DNA of 64,000 nucleotides from Tubiluchus corallicola (GCA_030141605.1 JAQGDQ010000900.1:18375-82374), one strand, 5' to 3'; counted from the stretch's first letter, positions 39,422 through 53,151 are shown. The notes: generated from the sequence alone by a model not told the origin. A program made the numbers and translations.

Positions 39422-42106
39422 TCTTTCTCTCGCTCTCTTCTATTGTTTCTCTCTCCTTCATTCTTTCATCTCCCCCTTTTCTCGTTTTTTTCTCTCTTCC
39501 TCATCACATTTTTCCTGTTGATATTTTGCTCGTTCCGCAAAATATTCCTATCGTCAATTTCAATAACTCACGGCGATTTGTTCTTCTGCCCTGACACATA
39601 AAACTAACGCCAACGGCAGCTGCAAATGTATATTAATCGAGGACACTGTGTGGTCTGTAAAATGTACCAGCAAATACAATAGAGACAACTAAGAACTCCA
39701 ACAAAACTTCACGAGACACAAACATGTCATTTAAAAATTTTTTATTGTTTTTTTACATGTTCAAGTTTCAAACAACGCAAAGTAAACTCATTTTAAATCA
39801 ACAACAGAACACTTTGGTATTATATAATAATTATTCAATAAATTATGTACATTGGGGTTGGGTATAAGTCATGCATGGGTAAAGCAGACCAAAGTATACA
39901 GGTTTCTTTACAAGATGGTTCCTGTAACGCACTCTATAAATATTTTCACTTCATTTAGTTTTACTTTAGAGAAAGCTAAACTTATAGAAATCCAAATATA
40001 TGCCAATAATGGTACAGAATATACTAAAAAATATACTAAACGTTTTTCCTGTTGGCTATTAAATTCTGTCGTTTCTTTTAAGTTAGAAATTTTGCAGGTT
40101 AACGAAAATAAATTAAAATTAAAAGTGAAACTTAACTGTAATTAGTTTTACTGTACTTTTTCCAAGAACAATCTGCAACATCTGCTCAAATCAGAATAAT
40201 TGATGACTAATTAATCGGTGTAGATCAATCAATATTCAATGTGAACGACTGAGTTAACAGGAAGATGGAATATCAATGCTTCTGATTAATTTGAAGAAAA
40301 AATAAAAAGTGCAGGTCCTATAACATGCGGTGCAGACATAAAATATTATACTAATATGTTGTTATGATTAGAAATTCACACCCGTTTTCAGAACAGTACA
40401 ATAACACAAGTAACAACAAAATCTATGTTTCAAATTCTACACAATCACAAAAAACTACAAGCGTTTATCGGATGCACACAGTTCCTTTGCAGAAAGCACG
40501 ATGTTTGTTAAACCGCAGTGAATATTTTCGGCCCACGCGTAACCGTTGTAAAGTAACTGCACGTGCAACACATGTAAAGCTGCTCGTGGTTTTCCCAGTA
40601 CGCATCACAATGGCTTTTGTACGCCAACAATAGTCACAGCTTTTTACAAAGGTTGTGCTAATAAATTATTGAATTTTGGAAAAAAGCTTTAAAATTACGG
40701 AAATGCTACATTTAAGCCGACAATTCATTTTTATACATAAATGATTTAAATGGTTCAAAATAATTTCTAAATCACAAGCGTAATATTTGGATTTTTGCAT
40801 AGGCCTATATACTAATAACACCACACTTAATATCAGTTTGATAGATAAATGAACTACATTAAACTGAAATGCAAATACATTATAAAAATGAACTCTCGTA
40901 GCACCACTTAACCAGATTAGCAATAATTTTATTCGTTTTTAAAGGCAAACTAACCGAGTCAACTTAACAAAACTATGTTTTCATGTATAGACAAGGTGTT
41001 GGAATAAATTGGTAAACAACAAAATCAAAATAAAGCAATAATTAACATCACACAAGGAATATTTATAACTGAACAACAGAAAATCAACAAAATTAAGACA
41101 CAAAAGGTATTAAATTTTACAAGACATTGTATAATCAGACGAATTTCTGAATTTAACACAACAAATTTTATTCAACAAAGAAGAGATATAGGCTCTTACT
41201 GCTATTATTTTTAGAAACAAATGTAATTGAATTAGAAAACTGGAGTAGATTTTTGTGTAAAAATGTTCATAGTTTCAGGTTTTCGGCACCAAAATGGCAA
41301 AAGCAACATCATGAATAAGTACAAAAACCAACAGATTGATACAAATAATAAATAAAATTATTCTGTAGCTTAGAAAATTTTTGATACTTTCAGCACAAGT
41401 ATTGTCCTTGTCCACCCAATCTGTGGCTATTACTTCTCTTTAAACAGGTACCAAAAGGTAAGCAATAAAGTTTTAAATTTAATATTCTTTTACATGCATT
41501 TAACTGCCGTCTGCAGAAGTCACAAACTTGTGTTGTTGTTGGGTCACTTTCTTTTCAACGTTTCCAGTTTCTCTGGAGACAGCTAACTGGGAATTGACCC
41601 TGCCCTGCTTAACTTGACTATCCGGAACAGTGGAACATGACGGGAACGTTACAGGATTTCAAGGAAGTGTTCCACTAATGGTATTTATCACGCTATCAAC
41701 ATCCCGAACACTGCATGTAAATTCATAACCATTCATAATAACCTCTGACACAAGAACCAGCACTAGGCTAATTGTAATTATCACTCTCATTTTCTTTGGC
41801 ATGAACAAGAAATTGGCTTAAATAACAATTATACATAAAATAACAGCTTAGCAGGTATATATACCTGGCAACTCTCAGGCGCCGCTTCCGTTTCCGATTG
41901 CAGAGTAAAAAATAACTATTTCCGTTTTAATTTTGCTCTTATTATAATATGGCATCATAGTGATGGTGGTAAAAGCACAACTTTAGTTGAAAAACCGGGG
42001 TAATAGAACGAAACAAAGTGATGGTTTGTTATTTAATGGTGTGATTGGGAAACTTTTGGCCACCTGGAGATTAAATACTCGTGATTGTGGTTTGGGGTGG
42101 CTAATT

Positions 42107-42229
42107 TTACAGACATGCGCCCATACGCCTAAGCGCCAAAATTGCGTTTGTTGCTTTGTGCCATCTGCGCTTGATGACGTATTTCTTCAACTTGTCTTTC
42201 TTCAGTGCTTGATCTTTCTTTCCTCCCTT
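42107..42229 (-). CDS. MLCK: MLCK last coding exon, autoinhibitory/calmodulin-binding segment (KDKLKKYVIKRRWHKATNAILALRRMGACL*)
   Basis: Phase-0 acceptor attgcag|AAG. The peptide resembles the MLCK KRRWxK...A CaM-binding helix. TAA at 42109-42107, followed by a long AT-rich putative 3'UTR toward ~39740. Confidence 0.9.
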   Translation of the reverse strand, partial: KGGKKDQALKKDKLKKYVIKRRWHKATNAILALRRMGACL

Positions 42230-42294
42230 CTGCAATGACAAACATCAAATCTTCAAATCAAATCAAAAAGCTTCATTCATTACATCATTCCATT

Positions 42295-42567
42295 TTAAGA
42301 CTAATGTTTTTTTTATCATACGATTCACTTTAAATTTTCAGATTATTTCCATTACTTTTTTTCTTTCACAATGTGGGACAATCTAAGCCCTGATTTTGAT
42401 TGCCTGTAACACATTTACATTTGTATATAGGTGAACAGTGTGCGAGGCTTTTCTTGTGCAGAAACAATAAAAGCTTATTTGTATTATGTTCATTTTAGTC
42501 CCTTTCACTATATATTGTACATGAAACTATTGTAAATGTGTAATGTGAAATAAATGACTTATGACTT
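42295..42567 (+). repeat. Retroposon-like 3' end (AATAAA + TGACTT tail); related copy at ~63820-63960
   Basis: Shared ~140-bp block tttatcatacgattcact..aaattttcagattattt...aacacatttaca.ttgtatata. Confidence 0.55.
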
Positions 42568-42880
42568 AAATTTTATCAGTTCACAAGTTGCTGTAGTGCC
42601 AGAAGAATTTTCCATTTTTCTCCTCTGTGTGTTATTTACCAGTTTGAGGATATGGCATTCTCTTTTAACTTTATTGCACTACAATGTGAAATTTTAAAGA
42701 CAAACATTTCTGACTTCTAGATATCTCTGAATGGTATAATTGTTGCTAATTTTGTTTTGTCGCAAGAAATCAATAGATTTGATTAAAAACTAGAACACAA
42801 GAACATCCAACTCTAGAACAAAGTTCCAAATCTTTAATTACATAAGCTTTGGCCAGAAGAAAAAATGTTTAGAGCAAAAA

Positions 42881-43429
42881 TTAAATGGAAACAGGACGAT
42901 TGATTAGACTCATTTTAATTTACTGTCCAAAATATACATTTTCTTGCTTATAAAAGTTAACAGTTGTTTCTTGTATTTGAATAATTAGCTTAGAAAGTTA
43001 ATTAACGGTAACCGAACACAGCTATTGCTTACGTCAGAAACCGACCACAGTTTGTGCAATGGTAGGCATCTTAACTTGCGCGTCAAGCACGTTTGCATAA
43101 GTGTTACTGCTTAAGTGCATGATGTCACGAAAACGGGCGCTACGTCATATGACATCAGAAACTAACACTGCAGTTCATGATCATGGTTATCACGGTACCG
43201 ACTTCTATTTGTCGGCCACGCGAGTGTGACAAACAAAAAGGCGCCATTGCCACTCTTAGTAGATTTGGTGAGCTGCGGGTAGCTTTGAAGGCGTAACGAA
43301 ATTTGAGTATCCGAAGTAATTATTATTTAATCTAAGCTTTGATTTAAAAAAGCTATTTGTAGTTTTCCATATTCTAGAGCATTCTTTATTCTGAACTAAT
43401 GTTTACACAATCATCCGGTTTTCCTTTAA
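42881..43429. mobile_element. TTAA-flanked MITE (Kolobok-like termini)
   Basis: TTAA-ATGGAAACAGGACGAT ... ATCATCCGGTTTTCCT-TTAA. The right end is repeated at ~32480-32563. Confidence 0.65.
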
Positions 43430-44232
43430 GCTACACCCGAACTAGTGCAACCCAGTTCTAGCAAGTGTCAGTCCAGCAATAAAATTTTCTCTGAAAAAGT
43501 AGGGCTATTTAGACCAATTATTACACAAACACATTAATATGATTACAGATTTGTGTTCATCAATCACGTTCACAACGACAACAGCAATATAGGTGTATTG
43601 GCTCGTACTAAGTTGGAAGAAACCGAAGAAATAATAATGAGGAGGTAGATGTTAAGGTCAGTTTCTGGCCTTAACATGTAGGTGGCAGCACCTATGGGAA
43701 CTTACCTGTAATTTTACATGTGAAGTTGTAAATTAGGTTGAGCCTCACTAAACACGCTTACAGAACGTTAAATAATGCAGACAATAATGCCAATGTTAAA
43801 TAATGCCTTAGCAAACGTTAAATAATGTTTAGATAAATTTTCAGGTAATTATTTGTAGCGTCTTTACCTGATTTGCTGTAAACTAGTATGACGTTCCAAT
43901 GATGTATTAAGTTGTTATAGCCGCACGATGTGAGTAATATTTACCTTTATTGTTTTAAATTATAATAATTACATCATTATAGATTTGTAAGCAGTGAAAG
44001 CAATCAAATTTATTATTTTCATTTTTTTATATACAGAAATAAGGATTTCTGAGAACACCATATGCTATGAAGGAAATTTTCGTCACAGTAGATCAACAGA
44101 AGTATGAATGAAAGGAAAAGCGTTCAAAACTCAACAACGATAGTGGCGCCAAAAAACAAAACGATGACAGAAAGGAAAAGAAAAAATTTCTTCACACGAA
44201 GGATGAAAAGCATCTCCAGAAATGGTACGCAC

Positions 44233-44431
44233 CTTTACCCAGGGATGATTCAATGCCTCCCTAGCGGACATTCGCTTCTTGGGTTCCTTCAAGAGGAGCT
44301 TCTCGATGAAATTCATAGCTTCGTCAGAGATCTCGTCAAATGATTCATCATCAAAATCATACTCGACCATGATGATATTGTTGAACGTTTCTCCATCATT
44401 GTCACCCATAAAAGGAGACAGTCCAGAAAGT
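44233..44431 (-). CDS. MLCK: MLCK exon (LSGLSPFMGDND...RMSAREALNHPWVK)
   Basis: Acceptor ttttcag|A and donor AAG|gtgcgt. Kinase subdomains IX-XI. Confidence 0.93.
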
Positions 44432-45503
44432 CTGAAAACACACAAAGTATTGTACAATGTTATTACAGTTAAAATTTCAAAATTTAAAGAAACTAAAATT
44501 GTAATCTTTAAGAAAAATGTTTTTATAAGACAGAAACTACAAATGACTCATTTGTTTTCTTTAACCTGCTGTTATTACTTTCAAACTGAACAAATCGTTC
44601 AGAGAATAGGCAAAAGTTTTGCCAGTGGATAAACAAGGGTACTTCTGAAGACAATGTTTGAACAGTCAGACATGTTTGAATTGTTCGTCATTTCAAGCAG
44701 CTAAAACAATGAAACCCGTGAAACAATGTGCTACCTATAAAGATCTTTTCAAAACTTGTCGTTCACTATGTGCAGAAAAAATGTAACTGATGCAGATTTT
44801 TAGAAATTTACTAAAATAAATCAATTGGTAATGTATTGAAAATGGTGTAAATTCCTAAAGAGATTTTAGTAACAATGGCATAGCTGGAAATGGGTCTATG
44901 GGTCGTGGGCCATAGGTCACTTGGGCAGCAGAATTTTGTTGAGTCGCGTGGTTTTGGGTATGACCCACGTGACCCAGGTACAAGTTAAAAAGTCATTTTA
45001 TAAAAAACATTTGAAACTTATTATTTTAAACAAAACATAGAATATTAACAAAACTGTGTTACAACTTAACAACGATTACAAGTTTAATTTTATGAATGCA
45101 GTTGAAGCTTTGTCACTGCATCAGCTATATCACTTGGAAGTCGATGCTTTTGCTTTCTGAAAATTAAGATATTCAAGCCCAGTCTTCTGCAGTGTGGAGT
45201 TAAGACCAGATCAATATGGATGACAATTTTCAGTTCATGGGTCATTCTGTGGTTGATGGGTCAGCCTGAGTCTGTGTCACACTTTGGTGAGTCATTTTCT
45301 GCTCTGAAAGATGGCGACCTCGTTTTATGTGAAAAAGTAGAGTGATTCTGAAATGGAACCTTGCAAAACAAATTCCATTAAACTCACTAGAGCTGATTCG
45401 TCAGGTTCTTCGGGACACATGAATTTCAAAACGTTAAGGACAGCAGGCCTCAATCATCATCGAGTATTGCTACTTTAAATTTAAAATCCGAATGTTTACT
45501 TAC

Positions 45504-45703
45504 AAGATATACGTGATGACACCAACACTCCACATATCTGTATACGGACTGATGGTTTCGTAGTTAGGTACTTCTGGTGCTACAAACTCTGGTGTACCAA
45601 ACAATGCAGATGCCTTCTCTTTAGGATTGTACTTCCTTGCCAGACCGAAATCGATCAGCTTTATTCGGTTTCCGGTTCTTGTCACACATAGAATATTTTC
45701 TGG
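45504..45703 (-). CDS. MLCK: MLCK exon (PENILC...IDFGLAR...GTPEFVAPE...DMWSVGVITYI)
   Basis: Acceptor tttcag|CCA and donor TT|gtaagt. DFG and APE motifs. Confidence 0.95.
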
Positions 45704-46055
45704 CTGAAATGACATTCGACAGTCAACTTTTTGGCAACTGCATCTAAAAATGTTTTTTTACTCGAATGCCAAAGTACCCTTAACGAATAAGGATTACCAT
45801 TGCAATATATTAGTTAATGTATCAAATAGATTTTTTACATTGGTTTATGCAAAGATGCTAGTTTTACTCAGCATTGCAAACGTTGTCTAATCAAGAAACA
45901 GCTCTGATGCTATAATTACATATTTATGAAAGAAAACGAATGATTGACATAAAGACCAAGAATTACTCAATGATATATTAATGATCCTATTATGGGTCTT
46001 GTTCGTCCCCAAGCATCTCTGTTTGACATTGTTGGGATGTTTGGACCCCTATGTC

Positions 46056-46311
46056 CAGGGCCTGTTTCAGGGGGGGAATGGGGATACTTCCCCGGGGCCT
46101 TACCCTACAAGGGGGCCTCGCACATTTTTTGCTTTATGCGAACATTCAATTGTTCTTTCCTTTAACAACTGTATAACTCCATATTTTCTCTTTGAAAATG
46201 CTTCTCCGGCGTTCTAACAGTTCAAAAATTTTCTGCGCGCCAACCATGGTGGCGCCCGGAGCCTCACACGCCCCGCTTCCCCGGGCCTCGCTTAGGCTGA
46301 AATACGCCCTG
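46056..46311. mobile_element. hAT-type MITE in an MLCK intron
   Basis: TIRs CAGGGCCTGTTTCAG / CTGAAATACGCCCTG with a perfect 8-bp TSD CCTATGTC. Confidence 0.88.
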
Positions 46312-48149
46312 CCTATGTCCTGTGAATCTGCAACAACCTAGTCTGCTACAACTAGAGAACGGGAACACATAGGATACAAGGTTCGGGACGACGATGAGTT
46401 GCATTTAAATTTTTGCTTATTTAACTCCTTCGGGACCGCATCATTCAAAATAGGTCTTATAAGAACTATGACTTTCCTGCTACTGTATGAGCACAGATAT
46501 AATTTAACGATTACAAATTAGGCACTGTTCTATTCAGGATTCTCTTGGCTATCCAATCGTGCTAATTGTTTAGACATTTATAAGTGATTTAATTGAATAA
46601 AATTTAGAAAACCATGCCCTCTTCAGGCACTCCAACTTAGCCTATTGAGTAGCTTAGTTTGGTGTACACTAGCGTGATCGTACACACTAATTTATTGATC
46701 GCCTGCTTGGTACTGCCGAAGCTGTGCAGTGTTTTGCTGTTATTCCAACAAGGTCATTAAGGTTGTTTCATCTTTTAAAAAGAAGTTCTGCTTAAAAATA
46801 GAGCAGACACGAACTCAAAGTCCATCAGAGTGTTTTGTCTGGATAGTTGAAATTTTCTGCATTAGCCATACTTTGTTAGAGTGCAAACACTGCAGTTATT
46901 GAAAGCTTTTTTTTCGTCAAAAATCCATTTCTTATTTGTCTAAGCTAAGCAAATGCAATTCATATATAAATTTGCACGAAAATCTATTGTGTGGGGAGCA
47001 GAAACCTACAAAAATTGTCAAATAGAAAGTACTCGCTACTTAGGAAGAGCAGTTTAACAAGAACCCATGCAACAAATTCTTACAGTTCTGAAGGATTTAA
47101 AACGCAGGGCCTTAAATTGAATCAAGCAAATAAATCAAATTGAAATTTACAGTCAGCAAAAAAAATTGGAAACACATCTTAACAATGTACCTATACAAAC
47201 AACATAAAACAAAAGTTGTTTCAGGATGGAGGACAAGATGGCAGAGCAAATTTTATATATCTTACTGGAATGCATGGATTAAGCATATAGGTTGCCCTGA
47301 ACACACGGTTTTTAAAATGTAGCACAACCCAGCACAGTGCGCTCCAGCAATGAGTTGTTTGGCTGTTGGGCGTATGTGGCCATGTGCACTTGTCTGAGTC
47401 CAGGTAAAAAAAGTACTGTCGCTCACACAGTTTGTTATAAGTTGTCACGTGCTTATCGTGAATGGATGAAGCTTGAACTGCGACAATTTAGTCTACTAGT
47501 AAGCAAAAAATATTTTTTGTTTAGGATTTTATCAATTCTATGTATAAATTTTCGTATGTTTGTTTGTTTAAAATTACAATATTAAAATTACATAATATGT
47601 TTGTTACGTTTTACACAGTATTAAAACAATGGCTAAAATTTTTCTGAAGCAGCACCCCCTTTTCTTACTGCCCTTTCTTACTCGGATTCTTTAAAATATA
47701 GTAGCATTTTAAAAAGATGTTCACTGCATCCGTTACTTCGAAAAAAAATGAAAACAATCGATCACAAACTCCACTTAAAACATGTCACAGCGATGAATAA
47801 TGAATATTATTTTCGTTAATTCGTTATTTTTTTAATTTTTTGTTTGATTAATAACGTAGTACATATCAGCTGCATATCAATGTACTCGCAATTTTAATAT
47901 GAGTGTCATATCAGCTGCATATTAAGCATATAGGTTGCCCTGAACACACGGTTTTTAAAATGTAAGACTAGACGGAAGCCAATGTTTACACAATGAAGGT
48001 ATAGATCATCTTAGTAACTCCGTGCTGTCAGCAGGAACACAGGCGAAGGAATAAACATTTGCAGCTCTTGGATGGAGATAAATAATATGGCTTTCTGTTC
48101 TTCGTTACTATCAGACAGATTTCTTTGTAAATAATCGTCCTGAAACGGC

Positions 48150-48326
48150 TGGCGTGGTCATAGATCAACTCTAGATTGTTGGCGTGGTCATAGATCAACT
48201 TTAGATTATTGGCGTGGTCATAGAGCAACTCTAGATTGTTGGCGTGGTCATAGATCAACTCTAGATTATTGGCGTGGTCATAGAGCAACTCTAGATTGTT
48301 GGCGTGTTCATAGATCAACTCTAGAT
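48150..48326. repeat. Minisatellite, 30-bp unit, ~6 copies
   Basis: Unit tggcgtggtcatagatcaactctagattgt. Confidence 0.9.
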
Positions 48327-48900
48327 GGTTTTGCTGACAGAAATACTCACGCCTACTTGCCTGCATTGAGATGTTTTTGGCTGGCAAAAAAATTATGTTA
48401 AACATTGAAGTAAAAACGTAGACAATATGGTAAGTGTTAACTCAGGTATTTCACAAGGATATTAAAAACACAGTAAATTGGTAACGCAACGCAGGAAGAT
48501 AGTAACCATAAAGAAAGGAATTCAGATTTATACAGTGTTTGGCATAGAGATTTGTGAAGTTGTCAGATGCTGTATAGGGAACATGTATTTATGGGAATTT
48601 ACGGCAAATCACAATTCCAAGAAATAAACCTGTGAAGGGTGTGGTTCTTAAAGGAAAGACCAAGTCTTCTGGGAGGTTAGAGTTATTTCAATGCTCGCAA
48701 AAATCTTAGAAGAATAATAAAACTGCAATAATCGCCTTGTGCCTTATTCTTATTCTTGTTCTATGAACTGTAAATGTCTGAAATAAAATTGGTAATAACA
48801 ATGAAACTATATCGTGAAATTAATTTCATGCTTTTTGTCGAATCATTTTAGTGAATCTAGAATTATTTGACCGCCATTTTGATTTAGCGATGACAATCAC

Positions 48901-49042
48901 CTTCATGTCTAAGTGAAGAATATTCTTCTCGTGCATGAAAGCCATGCCTTCACAGATCTGACGTAGAAAAACAACGCATGCTTTTTCCGTTAAGACAAAC
49001 TCTTCGTCGATCACTCGCTCAAACAATTCTCCACCTGTAATT
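48901..49042 (-). CDS. MLCK: MLCK exon (ITGGELFERVIDEEFVLTEK...NILHLDMK)
   Basis: Acceptor ttttgcag and donor AAG|gtgatt. Catalytic HLD motif. Confidence 0.95.
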
Positions 49043-49339
49043 CTGCAAAAAAGAAGAGCCAGGTAATAATGAAATGTTTCTGCAGCTTGTATGCAGAATT
49101 TGTACTGTAGTACGCTTTAGAACACTCACACAATTGGACAACACAGAGGGTCTGGTGATGTCTGATATGTGAATCAATTGCCTTTTGGTTTGTGAACCAC
49201 ACAGGAAGTCAAAAAACAAATGACGCTCCCTGTACTGGAAAAATCAAAATTCGAGATTTCCAGTTTCATACATATTGCATTTCTAATGTTACATAATAAT
49301 CATAATAATAATAAGGATGATAATCTGTCATTGTACGAT

Positions 49340-50140
49340 ATATCTAGGCTCAGTCATTGCTGTGTGCATCTAAGTTCATTCATTGTAATGTGCATCTAGG
49401 CTCAGTCATTGTAGCAAATATCTAGGCTCAGTCATTGTGGTATGCATCTAAACTTAGTCATTAATTGTAGCACATACCTAGGCTTAATCATTGTGGTTCA
49501 TACCTTGTATCAGTCATGGTAGTATGCATCTAAGCTCAGGCACTGTAGTATATATCTAGGCTCAGTCATTGTAGACTGTATCTAGGCTCAGTCATTGTAG
49601 AATATATCTAGGCTCAGTCATTGTAGACTGTATCTAGGCTCAGTCATGGTAGAATATATCTAGGCTCAGTCATTGTAGACTGTATCTAGGCTCAGTCATT
49701 GTAGACTGTATCTAGGCTCAGTCATTGTAGAATATATCTAGGCTCAGTCATTGTAGACTGTATCTAGGCTCAGTCATTGTAGACTGTATCTAGGCTCAGT
49801 CATTGTAGACTGTATCTAGGCTCAGTCATTGTAGAATATATCTAGGCTCAGTCATTGCTGTGTGCATCTAGGCTCAGTCATTGTTGTGTGCTTCTAAGCT
49901 CAGTCATTGTAGAATATATCTAGGCTCAGTCATTGTAGACTGTGTCTAGGCTCAGTCATTGTAGAATATATCTAGGCTCAGTCATTGTAGAATATATCTA
50001 GGCTCAGTCATTGTAGAATATATCTAGGCTCAGTCATTGTAGACTGTATCTAAGCTCAGTCATGGTAGTATGTATCTAGGCCCAGTTATTGTAGCAGATA
50101 CCTAGGCTCAGTCGTTGTAGTATGAATCTAAACTTAGTCT
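49340..50140. repeat. Minisatellite, ~27-bp unit, ~29 copies
   Basis: Unit tatctaggctcagtcattgtagaata/gactg. Confidence 0.9.
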
Positions 50141-51684
50141 CTTCAGTCAAAGTGATGACTGCTACATTTGTGACATTTTTAAAGCTGCTTCCACGTCGTA
50201 CATTAACATTCGAACTTTTATTGGCTAGTAATAATTTTAATGGGCTTTTGATAATATCAAGTTTTTAAAATAGATGGCGCTGGTCGAAAGAAACCACGAG
50301 CCAGTTGAATGGCTAGAAATTGCACACGCGTTTCTTGGGCACTTTTACAAGGCACACCCGATACTGCCCCGGGTGGCGTATCCAAGTAGAAGAACGAAGA
50401 CCTGCTTGGAAAATTGCTAAAAGCTGAATACAGATAGCGAATAGCGGCAACAGTGCTGCCCCCATCTTTATCTAATATTACAAAACAAGCCAAGCAAACT
50501 TTTAAAAAAAAAATGTAAAACTAGTCAGTTAGATGCAAAATTCGGCGTCAAGTTTTTAGCAAAGAAACTACCCACTAATCTTAACAAATGCTAGAGAGAG
50601 ACAGTAACACAAGCTGACACAAACCATTTTTCTTCGACCTTGAACATAAGCTGTAAAAATTTCTCCGACTTTGGGACACCTCAAAGAAAGTGCTAGCAAC
50701 TGGTGGCTGCGATATTGGGCAGAGTTTTAAGCAAACTTGCGCCACCTAGTGGTAAATGTTTGATAGAATTCAGCATGGTGCCAGCCACGTTTGTTGTGTT
50801 GTTACTTTATTTTTGCAAAATCGTGAAAAGACTCAAGTCTGGCTTCTCTGATATATAAATGTTAAAAGTATTAGCATCACCTGCGAATCAAGTTTCGAGA
50901 TGCTTTGCTTTCTCTTCAACGTCTATTGAGGTAACTGTAAATTGGCGGTCTAAAACTAAACCTTGCAGAACTCATAGCAAGTCCGTTTAAAAATGAATTA
51001 CTGCAGGACCAGCGGTGGCACGTGTATAGGTACTGTGGAACTGCAGCACCTCCAATTCTCGCTCGATATTATCGATAATATTTAATATAATAAGTCTGTT
51101 TGCTTCACAGCCCAGCACAGTGCGCTCCAGCAATGCGGTGTTTGGCTGTTGGGCGTATGCGGCCATGTGCACTTGTCTGAGTCCAGGTAAAAAAAGTACT
51201 GTCGCTCACACAGTTTGTTATAAGTTGTCACGTGCTTATCGTGAATGGATGAAGCTTGAACTGCGACAATTTAGTTTACTAGTAAGCAAAAAATATTTTT
51301 TGTTTAGGAATTACAATTCTAAAATCTATTATCAATTTATGATATAAATTTATCAATTCTATGTATAAATTTTCGTATGTTTGTTTGTTTAAAATTACAA
51401 TATTAAAATTACATAATATGTTTGTTACGTTTTACACAGTATTAAAACAATGGCTAAAATTTTTCTGAAGCAGCACCCCCTTTTCTTACTGCCTTTTCTT
51501 ACTCGGATTCTTTAAAATATAGTAGCATTTTAAAAAGATGTTCACTGCATCCGTTACTTTGAAAAAAAATTGAAAACAATCGATCACAAACTCCACTTAA
51601 AACATGTCACAGCGATGAATAATGAATATTATTTTCGTTAATTCGTTATTTTTTTAATTTTTTGTTTGATTAATAACGTAGTAC

Positions 51685-52682
51685 AATATGAGTGTCATAT
51701 CAACTGCATATCAATGCACTCGCAATTTTAATATGAGTGTCATATCAGCTGCATATCAAGGCACTCGCAATTTTAATATGAGTGTCATATCAGCTGCATA
51801 TCAAGGTACTCGCAATTTTAATATGAGTGTCATATCAGCTGCATATCAAGGTACTCGCAATTTTAATATGAGTGTCATATCAACTGCATATCAAGGTACT
51901 CACAATTTTAATATGAGTGTCATATCAACTGCATATCAAGGTACTCACAATTTTAATATGAGTGTCATATCAGCTGCATATCAAGGTACCAATTTTAATA
52001 TGAGTGTCATATCAGCATATCAAGGTACTCAAATTTTAATATGAGTGTCATATCAGCTGCATATCAAGGCACTCGCAATTTTAATATGAGTGTCATATCA
52101 ACTGCATATCAAGGTACTCGCAATTTTAATATGAGTGTCATATCAACTGCATATCAAGGTACTCACAATTTTAATATGAGTGTCATATCAGCTGCATATC
52201 AATGTACTCGCAATTTTAATATGAGTGTCATATCCACTGCATATCAAGGTACTCACAATTTTAATATGAGTGTCATATCCACTGCATATCAAGGTACTCA
52301 ATTTTAATATGAGTGTCATATCAGCTGCATATCAAGGTACTCGCAATTTTAATATGAGTGTGATATCAACTGCATATCAAGGTACTCACAATTCTAATAT
52401 GAGTGTCATATCAACTGCATATCAAGGTACTCACAATTTTAATATGAGTGTCATATCAGCTGCATATCAATGTACTCGCAATTTTAATATGAGTGTGATA
52501 TCAACTGCATATCAAGGTACTCACAATTTTAATATGAGTGTCATATCAACTGCATATCACGGTACTCGCAATTTTAATATGAGTGTCATATCAACTGCAT
52601 ATCAAGGTACTCGCAATTTTAATATGAGTGTGATATCAACTGCATATCAAGGTACTCACAATTCTAATATGAGTATCATTTC
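51685..52682. repeat. Minisatellite, 45-bp unit, ~22 copies, overlapping an MLCK exon-intron junction
   Basis: Unit aatatgagtgtcatatcaactgcatatcaaggtactcacaatttt. Confidence 0.95.
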
Positions 52683-52863
52683 CTTGCCATCATCAAACGC
52701 ATCATATAATTGGAGAAGCTGCGGATGTTGCAGCTCTTTCATTATTTGGACCTCGTTTTCCACCTCTTTCCTCTCAGCTGGTCTGGAAGTTTTTATAAAT
52801 TTAGCAGCTAGAACTTTTCCGGACTTTTTCTCTTTACATCGGTAGACGGAGCCAAATTTTCCC
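52660..52863 (-). CDS. MLCK: MLCK exon, kinase subdomains I-V (GKFGSVY...LAAKFI...EVQIMKELQHPQLLQLYDAF...MILILE)
   Basis: Acceptor ttgcag|G and donor TT|gtgagt. Contains the Gly-loop, VAIK Lys and alphaC Glu. Confidence 0.93.
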
Positions 52864-53024
52864 CTGCAATGAAATATGACGTCACTTGCATCATTTAGTC
52901 ACTCAGTTGTTGAAAACACACGAATGGGTTATTTGTCTGTGACAAAAATACAAGGTCTGAAGAGTGAGTGGGGAAGAAAGAAAAAGAGGAGCGAGAGAGA
53001 AGAGAGAGGGAATGAAAACAGGGA

Positions 53025-53147
<123 letters not shown>

Positions 53148-53151
53148 GAGA

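Noticed and set aside
51688-52845. + strand ORFs with 15-aa repeats (MSVISTAYQGTHNFN)
   Set aside because: A by-product of a 45-bp unit lacking stops on the antisense strand of MLCK; broken by frameshifts.
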